DNA from: Candidatus Bathyarchaeota archaeon
Lineage (GTDB): Archaea > Thermoproteota > Bathyarchaeia > Bathyarchaeales > DTEX01
DNA length: 46,706 bases
Reading direction: 5' to 3'
NCBI GenBank assembly: GCA_003601695.1
Contig: PIYH01000002.1
Coordinates: 1-46,706 of the forward strand
The notes under the pieces were generated by a model, which worked only from the letters and a program-made list of their open reading frames with translations, was not told where the DNA came from and did not search any database. Positions 28,440 through 38,184 of this stretch are shown here, piece by piece (the first letter of the stretch is position 1; every line of letters begins with the position of its first letter). The position numbers were made by a program, and so were the translations under genes.

Positions 28440-30038
28440 CTAAGATCGCTCCTCAGATATCAATATGCTTGAAAGAGCTATGAAAGCTGGCAGAATCTCG
28501 ATTCTTCCGAGAAGCATGAGAATAATCAGCAAGAATTTATGAATCGAAGAGATCGCTTGGGTTAGGTCTACTAGCATGCTTCCCGTAGTCGAGATCGCTG
28601 AGACGCTTTCAAATAATGCATCTGAAAAGGAGACTCCTAGAACACAAAAGATTAAGGCTGACGCCGCTGAGAACGCTACAAAGAGGAAGATAATAAGGAA
28701 GTTCATTAGTATTTCTGAAAAATCAACGAGCCTATCGTTGATCTTAATTTCAGGTTCTCCGCCTGATGCAAACATTTGAGGCGCCTTAAGCAAAGTCTTC
28801 CCGAGAATATAGAAGCGATAGACTCTTATGCCTCCTCCTACGGAGAAGGAGGATGCGCCTATCAGCATCACTATTATCAGCACTACTTTTCCAGCCTCGC
28901 CAGCCTCTTTAGGATCAATTATGTTCAGCCCAACCGACGCTGATGAACTAAGGACATGCATGAAAGAATCAAATGGATCGATGTGAGTCGCCAAATAATA
29001 AATGATTGTAAAGATTAGGATGATAAGTATGTGGAGCTTAGTCTCGCCAGTTAAGACAGATCTCCACTTAATCTTTAAAATAGAAGAAAGGAATTCCTTC
29101 CATCTTCTTTTAATCAGCATTTTCCAATTGATGCCCAGTATGATCGACAGAATCTTCAAGTGAAATGAAAAACTGAGAGCTGAGATAAGCATCATGAATG
29201 CGATGATTATCCGTTGAGCTAAGGGAAGCATCCTAACGTTAACTATTGTGAGGCCGGTTGTCGAGTATACAGACAGAGTTGTGTGAATAGCTTCAAAGGG
29301 AGACATTCCGAGGAGAAGCAGAAGAACGGAGAAGACAATGGTATAAAAAGTGTAAATTAAGAGAACAACTGCGAATGAGATCTTGTAGTCACCGCCGATC
29401 CGCTCTATTCCTAAGGCCTTACCATATGAAGAAAGCGATAAACCAGGATAGAAAGAAGAAAGTAGAAGAAAGATTATGCCTACTCCTCCGTTCCATTCAG
29501 CTATCGCTCTTGCAAGGATTATGGATCTGGGGAGAATGTGACCTTTTAGAAGCGTGAAGCCTGTTGTTGAGATTGCTGAAGCAGCTTCAAAGAGACTGCT
29601 CAGAAATCGTTCGGAAAAACTTCCCTCAAAGACTCCGAGTTGTAGAAATTGGAGGGAAATAATGAACGTAACGCTGATGTAGTATAAGACGAGCAGTACA
29701 CATGACTGCTTTAGATCAAGCATCTTCGGCTCAAAGAATAACGTTAACAAAAGCCCTAAGAATAGAAGTATGGCGCATGAAAGCGAAATCGCTACTCCCC
29801 CAGTGTATTCTTGAAGATAATACGCGTAAGCGACGGCTGGAGTTAAGAGGAAACCTAGTAATTGAAAGAGAAAACCTAGATTTGCGAGAATAGGATCAAA
29901 GGTTGAGTAGTACAAGTATCTCTTCACTGCACGTCTACGTGAAAGGATAGAGTAGAGAATTGAAGCTCCTAGAAGAATAATCACGATGGCTAATGGAGCT
30001 AACTCATAGAGCTCCGGCATTTCCTTTCTAAGCCTCAT
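28440..30038 (-). CDS. trkH: TrkH-family K+ uptake membrane protein
   Basis: FEAASAISTTG, EWNGGVG, STTG, S.GGGIRV.R, LFESVSAISTTG, MLLGRIE. Confidence 0.9.
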   Translation of the reverse strand: MRLRKEMPELYELAPLAIVIILLGASILYSILSRRRAVKRYLYYSTFDPILANLGFLFQLLGFLLTPAVAYAYYLQEYTGGVAISLSCAILLFLGLLLTLFFEPKMLDLKQSCVLLVLYYISVTFIISLQFLQLGVFEGSFSERFLSSLFEAASAISTTGFTLLKGHILPRSIILARAIAEWNGGVGIIFLLLSSFYPGLSLSSYGKALGIERIGGDYKISFAVVLLIYTFYTIVFSVLLLLLGMSPFEAIHTTLSVYSTTGLTIVNVRMLPLAQRIIIAFMMLISALSFSFHLKILSIILGINWKMLIKRRWKEFLSSILKIKWRSVLTGETKLHILIILIFTIIYYLATHIDPFDSFMHVLSSSASVGLNIIDPKEAGEAGKVVLIIVMLIGASSFSVGGGIRVYRFYILGKTLLKAPQMFASGGEPEIKINDRLVDFSEILMNFLIIFLFVAFSAASALIFCVLGVSFSDALFESVSAISTTGSMLVDLTQAISSIHKFLLIILMLLGRIEILPAFIALSSILISEERS

Positions 30039-30093
30039 ACATTAATTTGAAAGATTCTTCGCTGTGAAGACATATCAGTCTATACTTCGCATC

Positions 30094-30103
30094 TTAAATC
30101 TTT
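30094..30103 (-). promoter_or_regulatory. BRE/TATA promoter element (AAAGATTTAA)
   Basis: Upstream of trkH start at 30038. Confidence 0.55.
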
Positions 30104-30165
30104 AACTGGAACGTATAGATCACGGCATCCACGCGTGGAACAGAAGACAGAGGATCTCTACTTTT

Positions 30166-30687
30166 CTAAAACGATTCGTAATGAACAATCTCGTTAAGCG
30201 AACGCTTAAAAACTGCTCCAGGCTTTACTGCCGGACGGCCTATCGGGATGATTGCCACAGGCCTCACTCCAGACGGAATATTCAATGCACGTCTCACTGC
30301 TTCTTCATCAAATGCCCCAACCCAGCATGCTCCCAGCCTCAGAGCATGAGCTGCGAGGAGAAGGTTCTGAATAGCCGCCGCCGTGTCTTGAATACAGTAG
30401 AGGTTAACTCCACGTCTTCCATAGACCTTCTTGGATCTTTCCTGATCTGCGCAGACAACAATGATGACTGGAGCCTTCTCTATGAACAGCTGGTTTAAAG
30501 CTGCTTTGCTTAGCCTTTCTTTTCTTTTCGGATCTCTAACAACAATGAATATCCATGGTTGAATATTTCCGGCTGAGGGGGCCCATCTAGCTGCATCAAT
30601 AATCTCCTCGATCTCTTCTTCTGAAACTTCCTCTTTTGTGAAGACACGTATGCTTCTCCTAGTCTTGATAGCCTTAAAAATATCCAA
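30166..30687 (-). CDS. Nitroreductase-family flavoprotein
   Basis: RRSIR.F, APSAGNIQPW.F, QNLLLAA.ALRLGACW. Confidence 0.93.
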   Translation of the reverse strand: MDIFKAIKTRRSIRVFTKEEVSEEEIEEIIDAARWAPSAGNIQPWIFIVVRDPKRKERLSKAALNQLFIEKAPVIIVVCADQERSKKVYGRRGVNLYCIQDTAAAIQNLLLAAHALRLGACWVGAFDEEAVRRALNIPSGVRPVAIIPIGRPAVKPGAVFKRSLNEIVHYESF

Positions 30688-30722
30688 GGATGAAGCACCA
30701 CTTAGGTTTTAATCGCTAATCC

Positions 30723-30732
30723 TTAAATCTTT
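30723..30732 (-). promoter_or_regulatory. BRE/TATA promoter element (AAAGATTTAA)
   Basis: About 36 nt upstream of the nitroreductase start. Confidence 0.6.
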
Positions 30733-30859
30733 TGGCATTCTTCATTATTAAGGACCCTAGGATCCGCTGGACGCGGCTTTAGATAGATATATATTCTTCG
30801 CTTCTAAAAAAGAAAAAGATTACTTTAGATGATAATGCGATTGTTACTGAGGGATATAA

Positions 30860-31990
30860 ATGCTCTTTATAAAGCGTGGCTATCTACTGTTACTCACAGG
30901 AACATTGATAGGCTTCTTATGCTTTTCGATTATCTCCCTGCTTTATTCAGGAATAAGACAGCCTCAGAAGATAAGCGGAATACCGAGCAGAATTGAAATA
31001 GACTTCCTGTACACAAGCGAGAAGCAGGGATGGATCAAAGAGGTAACCCCGAAATTCGAAAAGTGGTTTAAGCAAAGATTTGGAATAGAGATTCATGTTA
31101 ACCAAATAGTGACGGGGTCACATGACACCGTTAATCGAATACTTGACGGAAGCACGAGGCCGACTGTCTGGAGTCCAGCCTCAAGCATATGGATACCATA
31201 CTTAAATGCGAAGTGGCGCAATATAACAGGTAGTAACTATGATATCGCAGTTGAATGGACTCCCATAGTTTTATCGCCTCTAGTGCTTGCTGGATGGAGA
31301 TCAATTTCTGAACATTATCAAGTGAAGGGATTTATAGATCTATACAGGCTGATCCAGAAAGGAGTCGACTTCAAATATGGACATCCTGATCCTCAGCTGA
31401 GTAATGGGGGAATTATGACCGTTATACTCGAGTTTGCTGAAGCAGCTGGAAAGCGACCGGAAGATCTAACAATCGGAGATCTGAAAAATAAGACCGTTAT
31501 ACAGATAGTTAAGGCAATCGAGTCTAAAGCCGTTTATTATGGGAAGAGCACGGGTTTCTTCGGCGCATATGCCGCTGAGAATGGCCCGAATGAAATTAAC
31601 TTCTTTGGGATATATGAAAGTGTGGTTCTTGAGAACTCATTGAAGGCTCTTAAAAAATGGAATGATTCTATAGTTGCCATATATCCTGAAATGGGGACAT
31701 TGATGGCTGATCATCCTTTTGTGATACTGAATGGAAGCTGGGTGACCCCGTGGCAGAGATTTGCAGCTGGACAATATCTTTTCTTCCTACTTTTGCCGGA
31801 GAATCAGGAATTAGCTGAGAAACATGGTTTCAGACCAGCAATCTCAAGTGTTCCCCTCGATGAGGAGATATTCAATCAGTTGAATGGCGTAAAATACGAG
31901 ATAGACGTACCTATTTTGAAGGCTCCGAAGGGAGAAGTTATGGAGGCCATCTTTAAAGCTTGGATTCGCGTAAGGAATATAGGACTGTAG
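30860..31990 (+). CDS. Membrane-anchored extracellular solute-binding protein
   Basis: N-terminal TM; YTSEKQ.W, GS, PTVWSPASSIW, SPLV, HPDP..SNGG, YES.V, YPEMGT..ADHP, GFRP. This resembles the binding domains usually fused to vWA domains. Confidence 0.8.
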   Translation: MLFIKRGYLLLLTGTLIGFLCFSIISLLYSGIRQPQKISGIPSRIEIDFLYTSEKQGWIKEVTPKFEKWFKQRFGIEIHVNQIVTGSHDTVNRILDGSTRPTVWSPASSIWIPYLNAKWRNITGSNYDIAVEWTPIVLSPLVLAGWRSISEHYQVKGFIDLYRLIQKGVDFKYGHPDPQLSNGGIMTVILEFAEAAGKRPEDLTIGDLKNKTVIQIVKAIESKAVYYGKSTGFFGAYAAENGPNEINFFGIYESVVLENSLKALKKWNDSIVAIYPEMGTLMADHPFVILNGSWVTPWQRFAAGQYLFFLLLPENQELAEKHGFRPAISSVPLDEEIFNQLNGVKYEIDVPILKAPKGEVMEAIFKAWIRVRNIGL

Positions 31991-32001
31991 GAGAAGAGAA
32001 G

Positions 32002-33699
32002 ATGGCCTGGAAAATTATCGGCATTAATCTCTCCGGGATAGTTATCTCATGCACCCTTATTGCTTTCTTAATCTTCGTTGTTCTTCCATCATTCTATCTG
32101 ATATCGTACATCTTTTTGAGATGGGATGAAGTCTGGTATGAGGTCTTCGCAAATCCGATTACTGGAGATGAAAATTGGAGACAAATCATTATGATCCTTC
32201 TATTCTCATTCAAGCTCTCTCTATCAGCTGTCGCTTTCGACCTCGTCTTCGGAGTTCCGCTAGCATATGTGCTTGCGAGGAAAAAGTTTCCCGGAAAGAA
32301 TCTTTTAGAGGATCTCGTAACTCTTCCATTAGTGATTCCCACATCTGGCTTCGGCTTTGCGACGCTAATAACGTGGACTTCCTCATCCGGTTTGAGTAGA
32401 CTATTCGGATCCACCAGGCTCCTATCAATGAATACAGCGATTCCGCTCATTAATGTTCCATTCATCCTCTTCATTGTTCATGTTGCCTTAACTTTTCCCT
32501 ATCTTGTTCGAACAGTAGAGACGAAGATACAATCAATAGAGGAAACTTATGAGATAGCCTCTAGAACTCTTGGAGCAAGCTCCTTAACAACTTTCAGAAA
32601 GGTTCTTCTCCCGCTTTCAATACCCGGGATCTTTTCTGGTTCTGTCTTAGCTTTTGCACGTTCACTTGGAGAGACAGGTGCAACCATTATAGTTTCGGGA
32701 GTGAGCACAACTGCTTCGATAGCGATTGTTAGATGGGCTTCTGAATTTAAGCTCTCTACAGCCGCATTTATGGGAAGCCTTCTCGTTTTAATAGCTTGGA
32801 TAATGATTCTGCCGGTTGAAATCTACGTTAGCAAGAACCGACGCTCTTCGTGGAGACACCTCCACATTCCAACAAATCTTTCAATGAAGATCATAAAGTT
32901 TGAGAGATTTCTTTCTAGGAAACTCTCTATAGTGAAGGATATAGTCCCATTAATCATCGTGGTGATACTTATAATAATTCCGGTAGTGGTTGTCATAAGC
33001 TCCGTCACGCTATACTGGTCAGCGGATCCCTATACAGGAAGAGTTGAGGGAGGAGTTGTCTATCAACTCTTTGGACCGTCACGTTACTTAGATCTGATCC
33101 TCAGAGCAACCCTAACTTCCGTGATTGTTGCCTCCATCTCAACTTATATCGCAACCTGCATATCGATTCCTCTCTCATTTATAATCGAGAGAAGAAGATA
33201 TGGGCATGTGCTTAGAACAATGCTCAAGGTTCCATTGATAATTCCAACATCGTCTTTAGGTCTCTCAGTTTTGCTTCTCTGGGGAGCCTCTGGGCTTTGC
33301 CTCGTCAATTCTGGAATATGGATGATAATTCTCACGCATATAGTCTTCTCCGTTCCAGTTATCGTTGAGTCGATTATAGCAGCATATGAGGGTTCCGGAG
33401 TGCAAATGTATGAAGAAACAGCTCGAACGTTGGGTGCAAATGCATACAGTGCCATCGAAGCTGTTTCCTTACCACTTATAAAGGGAGGAATCTTTACGGG
33501 GTTCATACTTTCATTCACACATTCACTTGGGGAGACGGGTGCAACCCTTATAGTAATGGGGAGGGATACAACTATTCCAGTCTTAGTTGTGAATATGGTT
33601 GAGGCGCTTGCGATACCAGCAGCTCTATTCACTTCAACATACCTAATAGTCCTCTCACTGGTCATGCTCGTAATAATCAGAATTCTCACTCAGGGGTGA
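32002..33699 (+). CDS. ABC importer permease with two fused ModB/CysT/FbpB-like domains
   Basis: Two repeats of PL.IPTS..G, EAA loop (ASRTLGAS / TARTLGAN) and SLGETGAT; probable start ATG 32002 (ORF from 31960). Confidence 0.9.
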   Translation: MAWKIIGINLSGIVISCTLIAFLIFVVLPSFYLISYIFLRWDEVWYEVFANPITGDENWRQIIMILLFSFKLSLSAVAFDLVFGVPLAYVLARKKFPGKNLLEDLVTLPLVIPTSGFGFATLITWTSSSGLSRLFGSTRLLSMNTAIPLINVPFILFIVHVALTFPYLVRTVETKIQSIEETYEIASRTLGASSLTTFRKVLLPLSIPGIFSGSVLAFARSLGETGATIIVSGVSTTASIAIVRWASEFKLSTAAFMGSLLVLIAWIMILPVEIYVSKNRRSSWRHLHIPTNLSMKIIKFERFLSRKLSIVKDIVPLIIVVILIIIPVVVVISSVTLYWSADPYTGRVEGGVVYQLFGPSRYLDLILRATLTSVIVASISTYIATCISIPLSFIIERRRYGHVLRTMLKVPLIIPTSSLGLSVLLLWGASGLCLVNSGIWMIILTHIVFSVPVIVESIIAAYEGSGVQMYEETARTLGANAYSAIEAVSLPLIKGGIFTGFILSFTHSLGETGATLIVMGRDTTIPVLVVNMVEALAIPAALFTSTYLIVLSLVMLVIIRILTQG

Positions 33700-34811
33700 C
33701 CGTGTTGCCTCTAGTCGAGCTCGTTAACGTGACCAAGAGATTCGGTAAGATCACCGCTTTGAATCGCATAAACCTTTCAGTTGAGGATGGAGAATATCTA
33801 TGCATCCTCGGACCGACTGGGGCAGGTAAGACAACACTTCTGCGTTTGATCGCTGGACTTTTAGAGCCAGATGAAGGTGAAATATACATCGACGGGAGGA
33901 AAGTAAATAAAGTCCCTCCAGAAGAACGAAATGCTGTTTATATGTTCCAGAACTATGCTCTATTCCCTCATATGAACGTCTGGGGGAACGTTTCCTTCGG
34001 TCCGATCATAAAGGAGTGGGATCAGAAGAGAATAAATGACGTTACATCTGAAGTCTTAGAGATGGTTAGACTTGGAGAAAGAAAAAATGCCTACCCACAT
34101 GAGCTAAGTGGAGGAATGCAGCAGAGAGTAGCGCTTGCAAGGGGAATAGCTTCAGGGGCTAGAATACTACTGTTAGATGAGCCGTTCGGCGCATTGGATG
34201 CAAGGCTCAGGGTTAATCTTCGAACACAGCTGAAAAGCCTTGTTAAGGATCAGAGATTAACAGCGATCCACGTCACACATGACCAGGAAGAGGCCTTAAT
34301 GGTATCTGATAGAATAGCCATCCTTCGCGGGGGAAGAATAGAACAAGTAGGCTCTCCACAAGAGATCTACACCAATCCAAAGTCGATATTCACTATAAGC
34401 TTCGTTGGAGGGGCAAACTTCTTCGAAGGAGTAGTTTCAAGAGTGAATAAATTCGGTTCTGAAATAGAGCTTCGAGGTGGTCTCCGCATCCATGTGTCTG
34501 ACCGATCAAGGAATGTGGGTGAGAGAGTTGTGGTTGCCGTTAGGCGTGAACATATCTCTCTGGGGAAAAGCCGCAGAAGGGGATTCAATAATCTCTTAGG
34601 AGAGATAGAGGATGTCATGTTCGTAGGCGGCTCGATGGAGTACATGATTAAACTAGAGAATGATATGACTCTATTCTCTAGGACTCTTCTTAAAGGCTCC
34701 TCAACGCCGCTTCGCAGAGGAGAAATTGTGATAATCTCTTTTCATCCAGGGGAGTGCCGCGTCTTTGAATATCCTAGAAGAGGCCTTCTTAAGGAGATAG
34801 AGGCGATATGA
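33696..34811 (+). CDS. ABC ATP-binding subunit (PotA/CysA/FbpC-like, C-terminal TOBE)
   Basis: GPTGAGKT, FQNYALFPH, LSGGMQQR, LLDEP, HVTHDQEEA. Confidence 0.95.
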   Translation: MTVLPLVELVNVTKRFGKITALNRINLSVEDGEYLCILGPTGAGKTTLLRLIAGLLEPDEGEIYIDGRKVNKVPPEERNAVYMFQNYALFPHMNVWGNVSFGPIIKEWDQKRINDVTSEVLEMVRLGERKNAYPHELSGGMQQRVALARGIASGARILLLDEPFGALDARLRVNLRTQLKSLVKDQRLTAIHVTHDQEEALMVSDRIAILRGGRIEQVGSPQEIYTNPKSIFTISFVGGANFFEGVVSRVNKFGSEIELRGGLRIHVSDRSRNVGERVVVAVRREHISLGKSRRRGFNNLLGEIEDVMFVGGSMEYMIKLENDMTLFSRTLLKGSSTPLRRGEIVIISFHPGECRVFEYPRRGLLKEIEAI

Positions 34812-35091
34812 ATGCCGGAAGTTAGACTCGTGAATGTCACGAAAAGGTATGGGAGAATACTAGCTAATGATCATGTAAACCTGACAATAAGAGATGGAGA
34901 ATATATCTCTGTGATAGGTCCAAGTGGATGCGGCAAATCCACACTCATAAAGAACATAGCTGGAATAATCGAGCCAGATGAAGGTGAAATATACATTGAC
35001 GGAAAGATAGTTAACAACATTCCAATAGAGGATCGAGGAATCGGATATGTCTTTCAAGATATAGCGTTATTCCCTCATATGAACGTCTGGG
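33864..35091 (+). repeat. Identical blocks shared by the tandem ABC ATPase genes
   Basis: GAGCCAGATGAAGGTGAAATATACAT (26 nt) at 33864 and 34971; TATTCCCTCATATGAACGTCTGGG (24 nt) at 33961 and 35068; both offset by 1107 bp. Confidence 0.85.
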
Positions 35092-35912
35092 AGAATATCA
35101 CTTACGGGCCGGATGTTAAAGGATTCTCACCTGAAGAGACCAAGACGATTGCCCGAGAGATAATTGAGATGATAAAGGTCTCAGCGAGGATTGATGCCTA
35201 TCCGGATGAACTGAGCGGTGGAACGCAGCAGAAAATCGCGGTTGCTAGGGCGCTGATGTCACGTTCGAGCCTAATGCTCCTCGACGAGCCGCTGGGAGCT
35301 CTAGATCTCAAAGTCAGATCAGTTTTACGATATGAGCTCAGGAGAATAGCTAAAGCCTTAGGGATAACCGTTCTCCACGTTACCCACGACCAAGAAGAGG
35401 CCATGTCGATTTCTGATAGGATCGTCGTCATGAGGAAGGGAAGAATAGTTGAATCTGGCAAGCCACTCCAGCTGTACATGAAGCCAAAGAATTTATTCAC
35501 TGCAAATTTTGTAGGTGAAGCTAACTTTCTTGTCGGAAAAATCGAAAAAGTTTCTGAAAAAGGCTTACTTATAGATATTGGAAATGGATTAAAAGTATTC
35601 AGCACGGAAGCTAAGGGAAATATTGGCGACAGAGTTGTGGTTGCTTTTAGGCCGGAATTCATCATACTAAAAGAGAAAATTGATGAAAACGCATTCTTTG
35701 GAGAGATAACTAGAATTGTTTACTCTGGAAGTTTAGTGCGTATAACCGTAGAGACGACGAGTGGAGATGAGATTCTCATTAAGAATCCCCTAAAATTCGG
35801 TGAGCCTCCTCCGGAGACCGGCGAAAAACTAACATTTAGCATTCCGCCAGAGAATGTACTGGTATACCCGTATCCGGAAGCGGGATTACATAAGGAATTA
35901 AGTCTAGAATGA
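34812..35912 (+). CDS. Second ABC ATP-binding subunit, paralog of the preceding gene
   Basis: GPSGCGKS, FQDIALFPH, LSGGTQQK, LLDEP, HVTHDQEEA. Confidence 0.95.
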   Translation: MPEVRLVNVTKRYGRILANDHVNLTIRDGEYISVIGPSGCGKSTLIKNIAGIIEPDEGEIYIDGKIVNNIPIEDRGIGYVFQDIALFPHMNVWENITYGPDVKGFSPEETKTIAREIIEMIKVSARIDAYPDELSGGTQQKIAVARALMSRSSLMLLDEPLGALDLKVRSVLRYELRRIAKALGITVLHVTHDQEEAMSISDRIVVMRKGRIVESGKPLQLYMKPKNLFTANFVGEANFLVGKIEKVSEKGLLIDIGNGLKVFSTEAKGNIGDRVVVAFRPEFIILKEKIDENAFFGEITRIVYSGSLVRITVETTSGDEILIKNPLKFGEPPPETGEKLTFSIPPENVLVYPYPEAGLHKELSLE

Positions 35913-36225
35913 CCCTTTAGACCGGCTCTTTCATAAAGCTAAAATAGAAATATAACTTTCATAAGTCCTTGAAACCGTAAAGGTAGATTTGTACCTTTCG
36001 ACAACGAAGAATCCAGCTTTTTCCTAAAATTATATGCCTAAAAGACAATTTCTATGCCTTAATTACTTAATTAGGTTAAATAGAATGATTCTGCATATTA
36101 GAGTTATATCTAAAGGTGACGATGGATAAGGGGTATAATAACGGAGTTTTCCGGATAGAGAGTAAACCTTAAAATATAGCTTAGTTCAAAAATCTGAGCG
36201 TAACGATAATGCGGGAGATTAATCC

Positions 36226-36877
36226 ATGGAACGTTGGTTTGAGAAGAGAAGAGTAAATAAGGTTTTAGAGATAGCTTATCGACAAATGGCTGTTGCCTTA
36301 GACACGATTAACGATCTTGAAAGAGCGATAGATCTAACTACGCAGAGAAGGAAGGATTCCTCAAAGACCACGATAGCTAGACTCTTCAAAACCGAAGAGG
36401 AAGTAGATGACTTAAGAAGAGTAGTCTTCGAGGAACTCACCAAGGGAACGATATCTCCAAGAGACCGCGAGGACATAATGAAGCTTGTTACAAACCTTGA
36501 TAAAGTAGCTGACCACGTTAAAGATGCGGCTAGAAATCATTCTTCTCGACGCGGAGATTCCTAAAGAGATATGGGATGCATACCATGAAATGGCGCATGG
36601 GATAGTTAGCACAGCCGGAGCGTTAAGGGAGAGCCTAAAAAGCTTAGGAGAGGATAATTCAAGGGCAAGAGTTATGTCTGAAAGAGTTGAGGAGGAAGAG
36701 AATAAAGTCGATAAGAAATTTCTAGAGATAAAATCTTTACTACTGAGTTATGGAGACAAGTTAAATCCAGCTTCCTTGATACTTCTAAAGGATCTACTTG
36801 ACTCGATGGAAGAGGCGACTGATAGATGCGCAGATACAGGAGATTACATTCGAATTCTAACAGTCTCGTTTAAATGA
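36226..36877 (+). pseudogene. DUF47/PhoU-like phosphate transport regulator split by a +1 frameshift
   Basis: ORF 36226..36564 (EEEVDDLRR, DRED...L...LDKVAD) and ORF 36524..36877 (EEEENKVD, D.MEE.TDRCAD..D) join at DAARN/IILLD near 36538 into one protein of about 217 aa. Confidence 0.82.
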
Positions 36878-36919
36878 TATTCCCAAAATTAATAATCTGC
36901 AAATCTAGAAGACAACTCG

Positions 36920-38152
36920 TTATACCGATTTTTTCTCCGCGGCCTTCTCAAGAGCTGCAACAGCAGGCAATTTGCTTCCTGTCAGGAATTCTATAAGCGC
37001 CCCTCCAGCTATGCTTATATATGACACCTTATCACCTAGTCCTAGCTCTTGAACCGCTGCTACTGTATGTCCTCCTCCAACAAGTGAGAACGCTTCCGAC
37101 TCGGCTACAGCCTCAAAAATCTCCTTTGTACCCTTCGAGAATTCCTTCCTTTCATATACTCCGGGCGGGCCGCTTACTACTATTGACTTCGCCTTCCTTA
37201 TTATCTCACAATACTCTTTGATGGTCTTTGCTCCTATATCAAGTATTGAATATTCTGTTGGAAGATCTCGAATTGAAATCTCCTTTCTTCTCCCTTCAAT
37301 ATTGATTGCAACATCTACTGGTACCCTAATCTTCCCGGGATGCCTTGCCATGAGCTCCTTAATGCCCGGAATTAGATCTAGAACCTTTTGTTTCTCGAGG
37401 AGCTCCATATTAGGTTTCCCTAGGTCAACGCCGGTTGCAGCGAGGAAGAGATGACCGGTCACTCCGCCCGTTAAAACGTAATCTGCGATTCCATTATTTA
37501 GAACGTGCCGGGATATCTTTAATGAATCATCTGCCTTCGCTCCTCCCAAAATGAAGATGCAAGGCTTCTCCGGAGACTCCAGCACCCTCGATAGAGCTCT
37601 GAGCTCACGCTCCATGATTCTACCCGCAACGCTTGGTAACGCAGCTATGAAGCCTACGACTGAAGCGTGAGACCTATGAGCCGCTGAGAAGGCGTCAAAA
37701 ACAAACAGGTCGGCTAATGATGCTAATTCCCTTACAAATTCCGATCTGGCATGTTCCTCAGGGTTCTTTGACTTCCGCTCATCCGGGTAAGATCGTGTAT
37801 TCTTTAGTAGGATGAGCTCGCCCTCCTTCAGCTCCCTTATCGCCCTCTTGGCTTCTTCTCCGTATAGATCATCAACGTATCTCACTGGTTTACCTAGAAT
37901 TTCACTCAGCCTCTTGGCATGCTGATCAAGTGGAATGAAATCCGGATCTCCCGGGCGTCCCTGATGAGCTAATATAACAACCTTCGCTCCTTTTTCAGAT
38001 AGCTCTTTAAGCGTGGTCTTTCCATGAGCTTTTATTCTAGTGTCATCGAGAATCTTCTTGGTCTCCGGATCAACTGGAGAGTTAAAGTCCACTCTCACAA
38101 GAACCGTTTTGCCCTTAACATCTACATCGTCCAACGTAAGGAATCTAGGCAT
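36920..38152 (-). CDS. pgk: Phosphoglycerate kinase
   Basis: LVRVDFNSP, AHQGRPG, DAFSAAHR, LGGAK, DIG, GGGH, IAGGA, LPAV.AL. Confidence 0.97.
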   Translation of the reverse strand: MPRFLTLDDVDVKGKTVLVRVDFNSPVDPETKKILDDTRIKAHGKTTLKELSEKGAKVVILAHQGRPGDPDFIPLDQHAKRLSEILGKPVRYVDDLYGEEAKRAIRELKEGELILLKNTRSYPDERKSKNPEEHARSEFVRELASLADLFVFDAFSAAHRSHASVVGFIAALPSVAGRIMERELRALSRVLESPEKPCIFILGGAKADDSLKISRHVLNNGIADYVLTGGVTGHLFLAATGVDLGKPNMELLEKQKVLDLIPGIKELMARHPGKIRVPVDVAINIEGRRKEISIRDLPTEYSILDIGAKTIKEYCEIIRKAKSIVVSGPPGVYERKEFSKGTKEIFEAVAESEAFSLVGGGHTVAAVQELGLGDKVSYISIAGGALIEFLTGSKLPAVAALEKAAEKKSV

Positions 38153-38184
38153 AAATTCACCCTAAAACATAAAAATTAGGTTTT

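Noticed and set aside
35979..35998. Hairpin AAAGGTA-GATTTG-TACCTTT after the ABC operon as a terminator
   Set aside because: A 7-bp AT-rich stem could be chance, and archaeal termination relies mainly on oligo-T tracts.
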